From an uncultured Actinomycetes bacterium (lineage in GTDB: Bacteria > Actinomycetota > Thermoleophilia > RBG-16-64-13): DNA of 64,000 nt. Below are positions 10,112 through 20,781 of the stretch, in pieces. The notes under the pieces were generated by a model that made no database searches, had not been told where the DNA came from, and saw only the letters and a list, made by a program, of their open reading frames with translations. The stretch spans positions 32,940 through 96,939 of the forward strand of contig CAWJDT010000006.1 of the NCBI GenBank assembly GCA_963841735.1, read 5' to 3'. Both the position numbers and the translations under genes were made by a program. The number at the start of each line of letters is the position of its first letter. The first letter of the stretch is position 1.

Positions 10112-10746
10112 GAGGCTATCCTCCCCCCGGCCAGCACCGCCACCCGGTCGACGAAACCTCGGCACGCGTCCACGTCGTGGGTGGTCATAAACACGGCCCT
10201 CTCCCCATCTCGGAGTGCGCCAAGCAGCGTTTCCAACTTCTCCCGCGCCTGCTGGTCGAGTCCGGAGAAAGGCTCGTCCAAGAGCAAGACCCGGGGGCCG
10301 TGAAGCAGCGCGCGCCCGATGGCCAGCCTTTGCAGCATGCCTCGCGAGTAGGTGGACGCCTCCCTCTCTTTGGCGGCGGAGAGTCCCATCTCGTCCAGCA
10401 TACGGGCGGCGTCGGCCTTGGGGTGCTCGAGCCCGTAAAGGCGCGCGTAGAACTCCAGGTTCTCGCGTCCGCTCAGGCTGGGATACACGTAGGGCTGATG
10501 GGATATCACTCCGATGAGCCGGCGGTACCCCACCGGGTCTTGCGCCAACTCGACGCCATCGAGGCGCACCCGGCCTGTCCCGGGCCGGAGCAGCCCGGCG
10601 AGGATCTTGAGAAGAGTGGTCTTGCCCGCGCCGTTGGGCCCCACGACGGCGAGCACCTCGCCGCGCTCCACCCGCACGGTCGCCTCACGGAGGACACTCA
10701 GCGGACCGTAGGAGAAGGCGATTCGCTCTGCCTCGATCGCCGGCAC
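10108..10746 (-). CDS. ccmA: Heme ABC exporter ATPase CcmA
   Basis: GPNGAGKT, YSRGMLQR, LLDEPF; operon context. Confidence 0.9.
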   Translation of the reverse strand: MPAIEAERIAFSYGPLSVLREATVRVERGEVLAVVGPNGAGKTTLLKILAGLLRPGTGRVRLDGVELAQDPVGYRRLIGVISHQPYVYPSLSGRENLEFYARLYGLEHPKADAARMLDEMGLSAAKEREASTYSRGMLQRLAIGRALLHGPRVLLLDEPFSGLDQQAREKLETLLGALRDGERAVFMTTHDVDACRGFVDRVAVLAGGRIAS

Positions 10747-10750
10747 GACC

Positions 10751-12750
10751 CTACGCTCCCGCGACAGGGGCGTCCGTGGTAGCCGGCGGGTCGCCCGCGG
10801 CCGATGGGTCGTCGCCGGCCGGCCCGCCGGCTACATCGAGCGTCGCCCCCCGGGGGCGACGCCGCGGTGGCCGAAGCGCCACGATCGCGCCCAGACTCAT
10901 GATGCCGCCCCCGATCCACAGCCAGACGATCAAAGGATGGTACTCGATCTCCAGGTCGATGGTCGTCCCGTCGTCGCCCACCCCGAGCAGCAGCACGTAG
11001 ACATCTCCCGCCGCCGAGGTGCGCTGGGCCACGCGTTTCCACACCTCGTTGTTCGCCGGATAGTACTCGATCAAGGGCACCAGTTCGCCGGCACGCTTGC
11101 CGTCTATGCTGAGGGAGAGCGTGGCGCGGGTGACCTCCTTGTCGGTGGCACCGGCCGGTTGCACATTCAGGTCCTGGTAGACCACCTCTACTTTGCCCAA
11201 GGTGAGCGACTCTCCCAGGGCCAACTCGCCCTCGACCGAATCCTTAAAAGACCAAGAACCGGCCAGACCGATAACCAGGATCAGCAGGCCAAGATGCACC
11301 AGCAGGGCGCCGTAACGGCGCCGGCTGCGCCCCCCGCGGACCAGCATCATTGCCACCGAGGCGACGGCGGCGCCTGTCAGCGCGAAGGCCGCCACCGGAT
11401 AACCCTTGCGCACCCCGGTCGCCAGTAACACCACCAGCACCACCAGACCCACACCACCGGCCACGCACGCGCCGATGGTCAGCTTGCGCCGGGAACCACG
11501 CGACGAGGAGACCAGCGAACACACGACCATCAGAAGGAGCAGGAGAAGCCCGAGCGGAGCCGCCACCGCGTCAAAGAAACCTGTGCCCAGCAGAAACTCA
11601 CCCCCGTAAAGCGACTGAGCGATGGGCGGGAAGATCACGCCCCACAGGATCAGGAAGGTAAGGACAGAGAGTAGAACCACAGTGCTGAAGACGTTGGAGC
11701 TCTCTCCAAATAAGGCGGCGGCGCCGTCCGGCCCCCGCAGCGCAGCCCGGCGCATGACGATGAGCGTCACCGACAGCGCCAGCATCACAACCATAAAGAC
11801 GACGAACCAGGCGATCAGACCGGGTTCGGTGAAAGCGTGCACCGAGGCCGCCACCCCCGTGCGGGTAAGAAAGGTGCCAAAGATGGTGAGTAGAAAGGTC
11901 GCCGAGACCAGAGAGACCATCCATATCTGCTGCCGCTGGCGCCGCTGCGCCATGAGCGCCGCGTGCAACAAGGCGGTGACTGTAAGCCAGGGGATGAGCG
12001 AGGCGTTCTCCACCGGGTCCCAGGCCCAATAGCCGCCCCAGCCCAGCGTGACGTAGGCCCACCAGCCGCCCACCACGTTGCCGATGGTGAGGAACAACCA
12101 CCCTATGAGCGCCCACCTGCGCACCCCCGTGATCCAGCCGGCCAGCGGACTGCGGTTGGCCAGACCGGCCACCATCAGGGCAAACGGGATGGCCATGGCC
12201 ACGTAGCCGAGGTAGAGCGCGACCGGGTGGACGACCATGCCCGGGTTCAGCAGCATGGGATTGAGTCCCAGCCCGTCGGCGGGCGCCGACGAAACGTGAT
12301 TGGCGACGAAGGGGTTGCACTGCGGCCCGAACAGCACGAGCAGCGAGAAGAACAGGTTCATCAACGACAGCACGGCCACCAGGTAGGAGACCGACCCAGC
12401 ATCGCGCCTGCGGCCTCCCCGGGCGGCGATGACCGCGAACAGCGCCATCAGCAGTAGCCACAGCAGGAGCGACCCGGAGTTGCCGGCCCACAGGGCCGAG
12501 ATCGTGTAGATCCAGGATAGGGCGCGCGAGCTGTGCTCGTAGACGTAGAGATTGCCGAAGTCCCGGGTCAGGAACCCGCCCAGCAGCACCAGCATGTCGG
12601 CCACCACCACCACCAGGACCGCGTAGAGCGCCCACATCCCGGCGCGGACCAGACGGGCCGCCCCAAGGTACGCCCCAGCAGCGGCAGGAGCAGCCCGGCT
12701 AGGCTCGCTATGGCGGCGACGACCAGTAGAGCGTTGCCGGCGCCGTTCAC
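10751..12750 (-). CDS. ccmF: Cytochrome c synthetase CcmF; frameshift near 12640
   Basis: WAGNSGSLLLW, GLNPML, HPVALYLGY, WAYVTLGWGGYWAWDPVENAS, GTFLTRTG, SVHAF; first TM begins at GTG 12750 in another frame. Confidence 0.92.
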
Positions 12751-13171
12751 GGAGCGGCCTCGTACTTGCTGGGACACTTGGTGATCAGGCTGTTGGCCAG
12801 GAAGGTGTCGCTGCCGTCGTAGTCGCCCTCCGCCACCACTTCCGCGCCCGCTTGGTCCTTGAAGGCGTCGGGGAGTGCCCCGTCCAGCACGATGGTGAGC
12901 TTCGCGGCAGGTATCGTCGCGATCATAGATGGTGAAGGTGTGCTCTGCCGGCCCCTCGCTCACCAACGAACCGCCCTCCAGTCTCCCCCGAGACCCGCAC
13001 GTTCTGGGCGCTACCCAGGGCTCTCAGTTCGGAGACGGAGTAGTAGTAGACAGTCCCGCGACCGATGGCCAGCCACAGGAGCACCCCCGCGGCCACCACC
13101 ACGACCGCTACTCCGACCAGCAGCCTGGTCCTGCGGGGATTCCTCGTCTTGCGGGGGCCGTCAGACTCCAT
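12747..13171 (-). CDS. ccmE: Heme chaperone CcmE, Cys variant (KCPSKY); two frameshifts near 12982 and 12910
   Basis: TM then YYYSVSEL, VRVSGE, LPDAFK, VVAEG, LITKCPSKY, reassembled across two +1 indels. Confidence 0.85.
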
Positions 13172-13337
13172 GGTTGACCGGCGCACTCTAGCAGGGACAA
13201 GAGGATAGAGAAAAGGGTAGCGGGTAATAGAGGCAGTAGAAGGGTCCAGATCGCAGCGTCACTTGCGAGCCGCGCCATGACGGCTATGGTGAATCCAGTG
13301 GTCTTGCAGACAGCCGTGACCGGCGAAGGGGACCAAG

Positions 13338-14339
13338 GTGAGCGCGAACGAACCTATCTCCGAGCAGCCCAAGCCGCGCAAGCCGCGGCGGCTGCGGCGC
13401 CGCTGGATAGCGCTCATCGTCGTGGCGGCGGTGATCGTGGCGCTGGTCATCGCGGCCTTCATCACGGCCCACTACACCAGTCGTAGCTCCTTCTGTGACT
13501 CTTGCCACGAGATGGAACCCTACTATGCCAGCTGGCAGGCCTCTTCACACATGACGGCGGAATGCAGGGATTGCCACATCCCACCTGGGTTCGTCGCCTA
13601 CGTGGAGACCAAGTTGTTCTCGTTCCGTGAGATCTGGGTGCACATCACCAACGGGGCGGAGGCTCCTCTCGCGGTGACCCGTGAGATCCCCAATGCAAGC
13701 TGCTTCCGGTGCCACAACAACGGTCCCGGGCCCACGCCTGCGGAGGTCAACCTGGCCAATGTCACGTTCTCGCACGAGATCCACCAGGGTCGGTTCTGCA
13801 TCACCTGTCACGTACGCCTCGTCCATCGGGACGTGAACCCGCCCTACTACAAGTCACCCGCGGCTATGTCGTCCTGCCTGGAGTGCCATGACGGCACCAC
13901 CGCCCCCAGCGAATGTTCCGCCTGCCACACCCCAGGGCATGAACCCCGCGGCGAGTGTAGCACCTGCCACAACACTGACAGTTGGAGAGGCGGCGCGACG
14001 GAACACCCCTTCCCCCGCACCGGTGGTCATGCCGGTCTGGCGTGCACCGACTGCCACGTGAATAAGCCTGGGTCTGAGATCATCCCGGGCACCGACCTGC
14101 CGAGGCCGGATCCCGCCTGCATCTCGTGCCACGGCGACCAGCACAACGGCTTGACCGACTGCGCGAGTTGCCACGCCATCGCCGGCTGGATACCGGCCGA
14201 CTTCGTCCATGAGCGAGTGGGTGAGCACATGCCTTCCGGCGAAGTACACGTGGACTGCGCCAGTTGCCATCCCAACGGCTTCGGAAGCTACTCTTGTCTC
14301 AAGTGCCACGACACCAACGCAGGCGGTGGGGGCGACTGA
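13338..14339 (+). CDS. Membrane-anchored multiheme c-type cytochrome (12 CxxCH; NapC/NirT-like N-terminus)
   Basis: Single N-terminal TM; FCDSCHEM, YASWQASSH, CRDCHIP; 12 CxxCH motifs counted. Confidence 0.9.
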   Translation: MSANEPISEQPKPRKPRRLRRRWIALIVVAAVIVALVIAAFITAHYTSRSSFCDSCHEMEPYYASWQASSHMTAECRDCHIPPGFVAYVETKLFSFREIWVHITNGAEAPLAVTREIPNASCFRCHNNGPGPTPAEVNLANVTFSHEIHQGRFCITCHVRLVHRDVNPPYYKSPAAMSSCLECHDGTTAPSECSACHTPGHEPRGECSTCHNTDSWRGGATEHPFPRTGGHAGLACTDCHVNKPGSEIIPGTDLPRPDPACISCHGDQHNGLTDCASCHAIAGWIPADFVHERVGEHMPSGEVHVDCASCHPNGFGSYSCLKCHDTNAGGGGD

Positions 14340-14408
14340 CCCGGTGGGGTGAGAGACGGACCGTGAGATTGCTCGTCAGGTAGGGCGAGCGGCAGGCCTG
14401 GAAGGCTA

Positions 14409-15878
14409 CTAGCCTTCCGGAGAGCCGCAGGCAGTCTCCTCGTAGCGGAACTTCGAGCAGCGCAGCTGCTCCGGCACCTCGCACGGGTACTCGCCCGTGA
14501 AGCAGGCGGCACAGAAACTCTGTTGGCCCCGCTCGACGCCGGTGGCGTTCATCAACCCCTCCAAAGAAAGGTAGGCCACCGAGGTGGCCCCCAGCTCCCG
14601 GCTGATGTCTTCGATGCTCTTGCCAAAGGCGATGAACTCATCCTGGTCGGCCATGTCGATGCCGTAGAAGCAAGGAAAGACGATGGGCGGTGAGCTGATG
14701 CGCAGGTGCACTTCCTTGGCCCCCGCCTCGAAAAGCACCCGCACAAGCGCCCGAGTGGTATTGCCGCGGACGACGGAATCATCAACCACCACCAGCCGCT
14801 TGCCCTTGATGGCCGAGCTCAGGGGGTTGAACTTCATGCGGATGCCCAGCTTGCGCACGCGGTCTTCGGGGTTGATGAACGTGCGGCCGATATACCGGTT
14901 CTTGATGAGAGCCTCGCCGTAGGTGATACCGCTGCCGGCCGCATACCCGATGGCGGCCGAGTTGCCCGTGTCGGGCACCGGTATGACCAAATCGGCATCC
15001 ACCGGCGATTCGTGGGCCAGTTCCTCGCCCATCCGGCTGCGCGCCGCATAGAGGGTCTGCCCCTTCATGACCGAATCTGGACGCGCGAAGTAGATGAACT
15101 CAAAGACGCAGAGCGCCTCGCGTTCACGATCCACCACCTGTTCGATGTGGTAGCCCTCTTCGTCGATGAGGCAGATCTCTCCCGGCTCGATCTCGCGGAT
15201 AGCCCGGGCGCCTATGATGTCCAGTCCGCAAGACTCGCTGGCCAGACAGTAGCGGTCTTCTATCTGACCCAGCACCAAGGGCCGGACGCCATAGGGATCG
15301 CGGAAGCCGACGACCTCGTCCTTGGTCAGCAGCACTGCACTGAAGGCCCCCCGCAGCCGGGGGATCACGTCCCGCAAGGCCACCCGGATATCGCGAGACG
15401 GGTGCTCCGCCAAAAGAGCGGCGATGACCTCAGTGTCGGAGGTGCTCTCGAAGACGTGGCCGTTCTGCAGCAGATTGGCCCGAAGATCGTCGGTGTTGAC
15501 CAGATTGCCATTGTGGGCCAGAGCGATGAATGAACCGTCGCGGGTGCGGGCGAAGGGCTGGGCGTTGCGTCGCTCGCTCGAACCGGTGGTGGAGTAACGG
15601 ACGTGCCCAATAGCGAGCTTGCCGGGAAGCGCCTGCAGAGTCTTCTCTTCGAACACCTGCGAGACCAAACCCATGTCCTTGTGGACGATCAGTCGCGCGC
15701 CGTCGGTGACCGCTATACCGGCCGACTCCTGTCCCCGATGCTGCAGGGCGAACAGGGCGAAGAAGGTGAGCCGAGCGACGTCCATCTCGGGGGCGTAAAT
15801 GGCGAATACCCCACATTCGTCATGGGGCGAGTCATCCTGCCACCAGGATAAGTCTTCGCACCGGCCCTCGGACATCAT
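14409..15878 (-). CDS. purF: Amidophosphoribosyltransferase
   Basis: DECGVF, LQHRGQESAG, HNGNL, VVVDDSVVRG, PCFYGID, CAACFTG. Confidence 0.97.
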   Translation of the reverse strand: MMSEGRCEDLSWWQDDSPHDECGVFAIYAPEMDVARLTFFALFALQHRGQESAGIAVTDGARLIVHKDMGLVSQVFEEKTLQALPGKLAIGHVRYSTTGSSERRNAQPFARTRDGSFIALAHNGNLVNTDDLRANLLQNGHVFESTSDTEVIAALLAEHPSRDIRVALRDVIPRLRGAFSAVLLTKDEVVGFRDPYGVRPLVLGQIEDRYCLASESCGLDIIGARAIREIEPGEICLIDEEGYHIEQVVDREREALCVFEFIYFARPDSVMKGQTLYAARSRMGEELAHESPVDADLVIPVPDTGNSAAIGYAAGSGITYGEALIKNRYIGRTFINPEDRVRKLGIRMKFNPLSSAIKGKRLVVVDDSVVRGNTTRALVRVLFEAGAKEVHLRISSPPIVFPCFYGIDMADQDEFIAFGKSIEDISRELGATSVAYLSLEGLMNATGVERGQQSFCAACFTGEYPCEVPEQLRCSKFRYEETACGSPEG

Positions 15879-18367
15879 TCCCCCAGGGCGCGGCGCAGAG
15901 CCGATTCGTAGACCTCGTCAAGAGCGGCCACCAAAGCCCGAAAACCAACGTGGCCGCGCTCGCCGCCGGAACCAGCGCCGGCACTCACAGAGGCCGAAGT
16001 GCTTGTGCCCTCGGCGCCCTCCAATTCCGCGTGGCTTAGAGCCATGACCAGCTCATCTCCCCCCACAGTGCCGAGGCGCGTGCACGGTACTCCCGCCGTC
16101 TCACACAGATCCTCGAAGTGGTCGGCGGTCTCTGGGGCTACGGATACCACCGCCAGGGTGGGCGTTTCGCCAAAAAAGGCCAGGTCGGGACGGCGCGCCA
16201 AGACACCCACCAAACTGGTGCGGACCTCCGCGCCCCCGGCCGCCGCAGCGCAGCCCGGGCTGCCGAACACCCAGGGCACAGCGTCCAGCGACAGCCTGGC
16301 CCCGATCTTGCCGGCCATGCAGCTTTCGGCCGCGGCCACAGCCAAGCCTCCGTCAGAGACATCGTGAGCCGAACGCAGCAGCCGGGAGGCGATAGCCTGC
16401 CGCAGCGCCGCCTGCAGAGCCACTTCGGCCCCTAGATCGACGTCGGGGATCCGCCCAGCCGGCCGGCCCTTCGCGCCACCGAACCAGCGCTTCTGATACT
16501 CCGAGCCATCGAGCGCGGGAGTCGCGTCGCCCATCAAGTACACCAAGTCACCGGGGGTCTTGAAGCCCACGGTGCAGTTGGCGGTGACGTCGTCCATGAC
16601 GCCCAACATCCCCACCACCGCGGTCGGATAGATGGGCTGCTCGAAACTCTCGTTGTAGAGCGACACGTTGCCCGAGATCACCGGCGTGCCCAGAGCCTCG
16701 CAGGCCTGGGACATCCCCTCGATGGCCTGAGCGAGTTGGTAGGCAATGGGACCGTTATCCGGATTGCCGAAGTTAAGGCAGTTGGTGATGGCGATGGGCT
16801 TCGCGCCTACGCACGATACGTTGCGCGCCGCTTCGCACACGGCCGCCTTGCCGCCCCGGTAGGGATCGAGATAGGTCTGACGGCCGTTGCCGTCGGTGCA
16901 GACCGCGATGCCGGCCCCCGTCTTCTTGATGCGAATAAGGGCGGCGTCACCACCCGGTACGATGACGGTGTTGAGCTGCACCTGATGATCGTACTGCTGC
17001 CAGATCCAGCGGCGACTAGCTATGTTGGGCGAACCGGCGAGGTCGAACAGAATGTCGGCGAGCGACGCCTCCGGCGCGGGATACGCGGCCGGGTCGATAG
17101 GACTATCCACCTCGTGCGCTGGGCGCTCTTGAGGGATGTCGTAGGTGGGCGGTTCGGCCAAGGCGACGGCGTCCATGTCGCCGACCATCTGCCCACCATA
17201 GAACACGCGCAGATGCTTGGTGTCGGTGACCTCGCCCACGATGGTTGCGTCGAGATCCCAGCGGTCGCAGACGGCCTTGAGGCCCTCCCACTTCTCGGGA
17301 GCCACTATGCAGAGCATGCGCTCCTGGCTCTCGCTGATCATGATCTCCCAGGCCTCCATGTCGGCCTCGCGCAGAGGCACGCGGTCGGCGTGCAGGTCGA
17401 TGCCCACCTCGCCCTTAGCCGCCATCTCGCTGGACGAGGAGGTGATGCCGGCCGCGCCCAAGTCCTGCAGCGCCACCAGCAAATCGCCCCGCAGGAGTTC
17501 CAGACAGGCCTCGAGCAGCTTCTTCTCCATGAAGGGGTCGCCCACTTGCACCGACGGGCGCTTCTCTTCCAGGGTCTCGTCGAACACTTGGCTTGCAAGC
17601 ACGCTCGCCCCGCCGATGCCGTCGCGGCCCGTCCTCGAACCAAAGAGCACCACGTGGTTGCCCACGCCGGCAGCGCTGCTCAAGATGATGTCGTCCTGAC
17701 TCACCAAGCCGACCGTCATGGCGTTCACCAGACAATTGCCGGCATAGGGATCTTCGAAGTAGACCTCACCGGCCACCGTGGGTATGCCCATGCAGTTGCC
17801 GTAGCCACCGACTCCCGCCACCACTTGCTCGAACAAGTAGCGCTGTCGGTTGGTGGTGGCCTCCGAGGGGGGCTCGTCATCAGGGATGAGCGCCGGAGCG
17901 ACGGCAGAGCCGTCCGCGGCGCCGGCAACAGCCGGGGCCGCGCCGCGCGCGGAGCGCGCCGGCAGCGGCGTGATCTCGCCGAACCGCAGAGAGTCAAGTC
18001 CACAGATGGGGCGCGCGCCCATGGCGAAGATGTCGCGGATGATGCCACCCACTCCGGTAGCCGCCCCCTGGTAGGGCTCCACCGCCGAGGGATGATTGTG
18101 GCTCTCGATCTTCATGGCCACAGCTACTCCGCCGCCGATGTCCACGATGCCGGCATTCTCACCCGGACCTTGCAGCACATAGTCGGCCTTGGTGGGAAAG
18201 CGCTTCAGCAGCGGCTTGGAGTGCTTGTAGCCGCAATGCTCGCTCCACATGAGCGAGAAGACGGCCAACTCCACGTGGGTGGGCTCGCGCTCCTGTATGG
18301 CACAGATGCGCTCGTACTCCCAACGGCTCAGACCCAGTTTCTCAAAAAGCTCGGCCATGCCCGTCAC
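15875..18367 (-). CDS. purL: FGAM synthase subunit PurL
   Basis: WSEHCGYK, ESHNHPS, QDLGAAG, SESQERM, SGNVSLYN, HDVSDGG. Confidence 0.97.
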   Translation of the reverse strand: MTGMAELFEKLGLSRWEYERICAIQEREPTHVELAVFSLMWSEHCGYKHSKPLLKRFPTKADYVLQGPGENAGIVDIGGGVAVAMKIESHNHPSAVEPYQGAATGVGGIIRDIFAMGARPICGLDSLRFGEITPLPARSARGAAPAVAGAADGSAVAPALIPDDEPPSEATTNRQRYLFEQVVAGVGGYGNCMGIPTVAGEVYFEDPYAGNCLVNAMTVGLVSQDDIILSSAAGVGNHVVLFGSRTGRDGIGGASVLASQVFDETLEEKRPSVQVGDPFMEKKLLEACLELLRGDLLVALQDLGAAGITSSSSEMAAKGEVGIDLHADRVPLREADMEAWEIMISESQERMLCIVAPEKWEGLKAVCDRWDLDATIVGEVTDTKHLRVFYGGQMVGDMDAVALAEPPTYDIPQERPAHEVDSPIDPAAYPAPEASLADILFDLAGSPNIASRRWIWQQYDHQVQLNTVIVPGGDAALIRIKKTGAGIAVCTDGNGRQTYLDPYRGGKAAVCEAARNVSCVGAKPIAITNCLNFGNPDNGPIAYQLAQAIEGMSQACEALGTPVISGNVSLYNESFEQPIYPTAVVGMLGVMDDVTANCTVGFKTPGDLVYLMGDATPALDGSEYQKRWFGGAKGRPAGRIPDVDLGAEVALQAALRQAIASRLLRSAHDVSDGGLAVAAAESCMAGKIGARLSLDAVPWVFGSPGCAAAAGGAEVRTSLVGVLARRPDLAFFGETPTLAVVSVAPETADHFEDLCETAGVPCTRLGTVGGDELVMALSHAELEGAEGTSTSASVSAGAGSGGERGHVGFRALVAALDEVYESALRRALGE

Positions 18368-19077
18368 CGCCTCGCCAGAACGTAGTCAATCATAGACTGG
18401 AAGATGCCCCGGCCATCGACCCCACCAAGAATGTCCTCGCACACCCGCTCGGGATGCGGCATCATGCCCAGGACGTTGCCGCTCTCGCTCACGATGCCGG
18501 CCACGTTGTCGGTGGCCCCGTTGGGATTGGCGGAATCGGTCACATTGCCGTTGACGTCGCAGTAACGGAACAGCACCAGATTTTGCTCCTCGATCTCCTG
18601 AAGCCGATCGGCGCCCGCTGTCCAGTTACCCTCGTTGTGGTTCACCGGGATCTGGAGCACCTGACCCACGCTAAGGCAGCTGGTGAAAGGAGTGTCGGTG
18701 CGCTCAACCCGCAGGTAGACCGGGTGACAGATAAACCGCAGACCCCGGTTGCGACGCAGAGCCCCGTGCAGCAGATGGGCCTCGGCGAGAATCTGAAAGC
18801 CGTTGCAGATGCCCAGCACCAGCCCACCCGCGGCGGCAAAAGCTGCCACTTCCTGCATGATGGGGCTGAAACGGGCCACCGCACCGGTGCGCAGATAGTC
18901 GCCGTACGAGAACCCGCCGGGGAGTATGACGCAGTCGGCGTCTTTGAGATCGTGGTCCTTGTGCCAGAGGTAGTACGGGTTGGCCTCGGGGAAGCCGGAG
19001 AGTACGTGAGAGGCGTCGTAGTCACAGTTGGAGCCGGGGAACACCACGACGCCGAAACGCACGGTCTCTGCCGTCAC
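18364..19077 (-). CDS. purQ: FGAM synthase glutaminase PurQ
   Basis: FPGSNCD, PGGFSYGDYLR, GICNGFQ, MMPHPER; GTG start inferred. Confidence 0.95.
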   Translation of the reverse strand: MTAETVRFGVVVFPGSNCDYDASHVLSGFPEANPYYLWHKDHDLKDADCVILPGGFSYGDYLRTGAVARFSPIMQEVAAFAAAGGLVLGICNGFQILAEAHLLHGALRRNRGLRFICHPVYLRVERTDTPFTSCLSVGQVLQIPVNHNEGNWTAGADRLQEIEEQNLVLFRYCDVNGNVTDSANPNGATDNVAGIVSESGNVLGMMPHPERVCEDILGGVDGRGIFQSMIDYVLARR

Positions 19078-19078
19078 T

Positions 19079-19351
19079 TCAGGCCCCCTCCCCCGCTTTG
19101 TCTTCGTCCGCGAGAATCTCGAATCGGTAGTCCTCGATGATGGGATTGGCCAGAAGCCGGCGGCACATGTCGTCGACGGCGGCCTTCGCTTTGGTGGGAT
19201 CGCCACCCTCCACTTCGAGGGTGATGTAGCGGCCCACGCGGATGTTACGCGCGCCCGTATGGCCCAGAGCAGGCAGAGCCCTTTCGACCACCGCGCCCTG
19301 CGGGTCGACTACTCCGGCCTTGGGTGTCACATAGACCGAGACTTTGTACAC
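19079..19351 (-). CDS. purS: FGAM synthase subunit PurS
   Basis: VVDPQG, LLANPIIEDY. Confidence 0.95.
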   Translation of the reverse strand: MYKVSVYVTPKAGVVDPQGAVVERALPALGHTGARNIRVGRYITLEVEGGDPTKAKAAVDDMCRRLLANPIIEDYRFEILADEDKAGEGA

Positions 19352-19517
19352 GTCTTCGCCCCTTCAGATCCTGGTGGCACGAACAAGCGGCACCTTCGAA
19401 AGGCGCCCCAATGAGTAACAGACTACATCTGGATTCTACCAGCTTCGCCCGACGCGGCGACGGACTAATGGGCCACCTCTGCGATGCCGGACGCGATCCA
19501 GCCGGTCCTATGCAGCA

Positions 19518-19547
19518 TTGACAAGACCCCCGATATGGCCCTACTGT
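19518..19547 (+). promoter_or_regulatory. Putative sigma70 promoter for the tandem microprotein pair
   Basis: TTGACA-N18-TACTGT. Confidence 0.4.
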
Positions 19548-19608
19548 CCTAGGAGACCGCGAACACCGCGGTGACCGCAGCCACGACGACCGGGCACAGG
19601 AGCAGACC

Positions 19609-19803
19609 GTGACGAATGAACGCAGGATGGCCATCGCCGGAGCGGTTCTCATCGTGCTGGCCGCCGCGGCGTTGAGCGGGGTCAACTACGTCGAAGGAGC
19701 GGCCTTCTGGGCGCTGGTAGGAGCAGGGATAGCGTGCTTCGTCGTGGGCATATGCCTCTACGGCTACACCATCCGAGTCCAGTTTAAGCGGAGGCAAAAG
19801 TGA
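19609..19803 (+). CDS. 64-aa 2-TM protein (paralog 1)
   Basis: AGGAG RBS; two hydrophobic helices, basic tail; gapless similarity to the next ORF. Confidence 0.7.
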   Translation: MTNERRMAIAGAVLIVLAAAALSGVNYVEGAAFWALVGAGIACFVVGICLYGYTIRVQFKRRQK

Positions 19804-19994
19804 CCCGGGAGCGCAGGTATCACGTCATAGGAATCTCGCTGATCGTGCTGGGCATAGCTGCCGGCGGCGTGTCCTGGAAACTCGAAGGCACGCCGTTCTG
19901 GGTGGCAGTCGGAATATCGCTCTTTCTCGTGATAGTCGGCCTCGTCTTTGGCGGCAAAGCCGGCGCCGAGGAGCGCAAGCGCAAAGAGCGGTAG
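19800..19994 (+). CDS. 64-aa 2-TM protein (paralog 2)
   Basis: GTGA coupling to paralog 1; GGAGG RBS; 23/64 identities counted by hand. Confidence 0.7.
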   Translation: MTRERRYHVIGISLIVLGIAAGGVSWKLEGTPFWVAVGISLFLVIVGLVFGGKAGAEERKRKER

Positions 19995-20745
19995 AAGCAG
20001 CGCCGGCTTAGAACCGGCACGGAACCGCGCGGGTGAGCAGCCGCCCTAGCGCCGGCGAATCTGCTCTCATTCCCCAGCACTCTGCGCCATAGCGTCCTTG
20101 CCGTGGCCCAACATCAAGATCACTTACATGCGGCGGAGCCGGTGTTGGAGCTCTTCGGCGAGAGTCTGCCCCCTTTCGAAGCCGCCCTCTCCAGTCGCTC
20201 GCTATCCACCCTTCGCCTAGTTGATGCCCGACAAGGGGCATTTTGTGCCGAATATCGCTGGTCCACGCGAGATGGGCCTAGGACGCCCTATGACGCGTTG
20301 ACTCACCGTAGTCACAAGAGCGTCGCTGCCGGACATATACTATTAGAGAGGGTTAGGAGAGACGCGAGGAGATTCCAAAGGTGAGACAGAGACTCGCTAC
20401 AGTGCTGTTGCCGACTCTGGGGTCTGTCATTGATGATCGAGCTGCACTCCCTGGTGAACCGGCTGAACAGCGACGAACGCGCGTAGATCGCGCCGGTGCG
20501 GGCCGACATGGTCGACAAGGCCGGGGAGCCGCTACATCAAGTGGCTCTATGGCGTCCAGCGTGGCTCCGAGGACTGGTGGCAGGCACCGGGCATGACCAC
20601 CGACTGGTTCGAGTCGCCTTCTCCCGAAGATGTCGTCGAGACCGCGATCGACGCCGAGTGGGAGAGAAGCGCCATATCTGAAGATAGTGCTGTGTCCGCC
20701 TGACCAGCCGGGCACGGCGTCTGTCGATAGCGGGAAAGCAGGGGG

Positions 20746-20781
20746 GAAAGCCCACGTCCGAGCAATCGGGCGTGGGCTTTC
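20746..20781. terminator. 16-bp hairpin with GCAA tetraloop, possible bidirectional terminator
   Basis: GAAAGCCCACGTCCGA-GCAA-TCGGGCGTGGGCTTTC. Confidence 0.55.
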
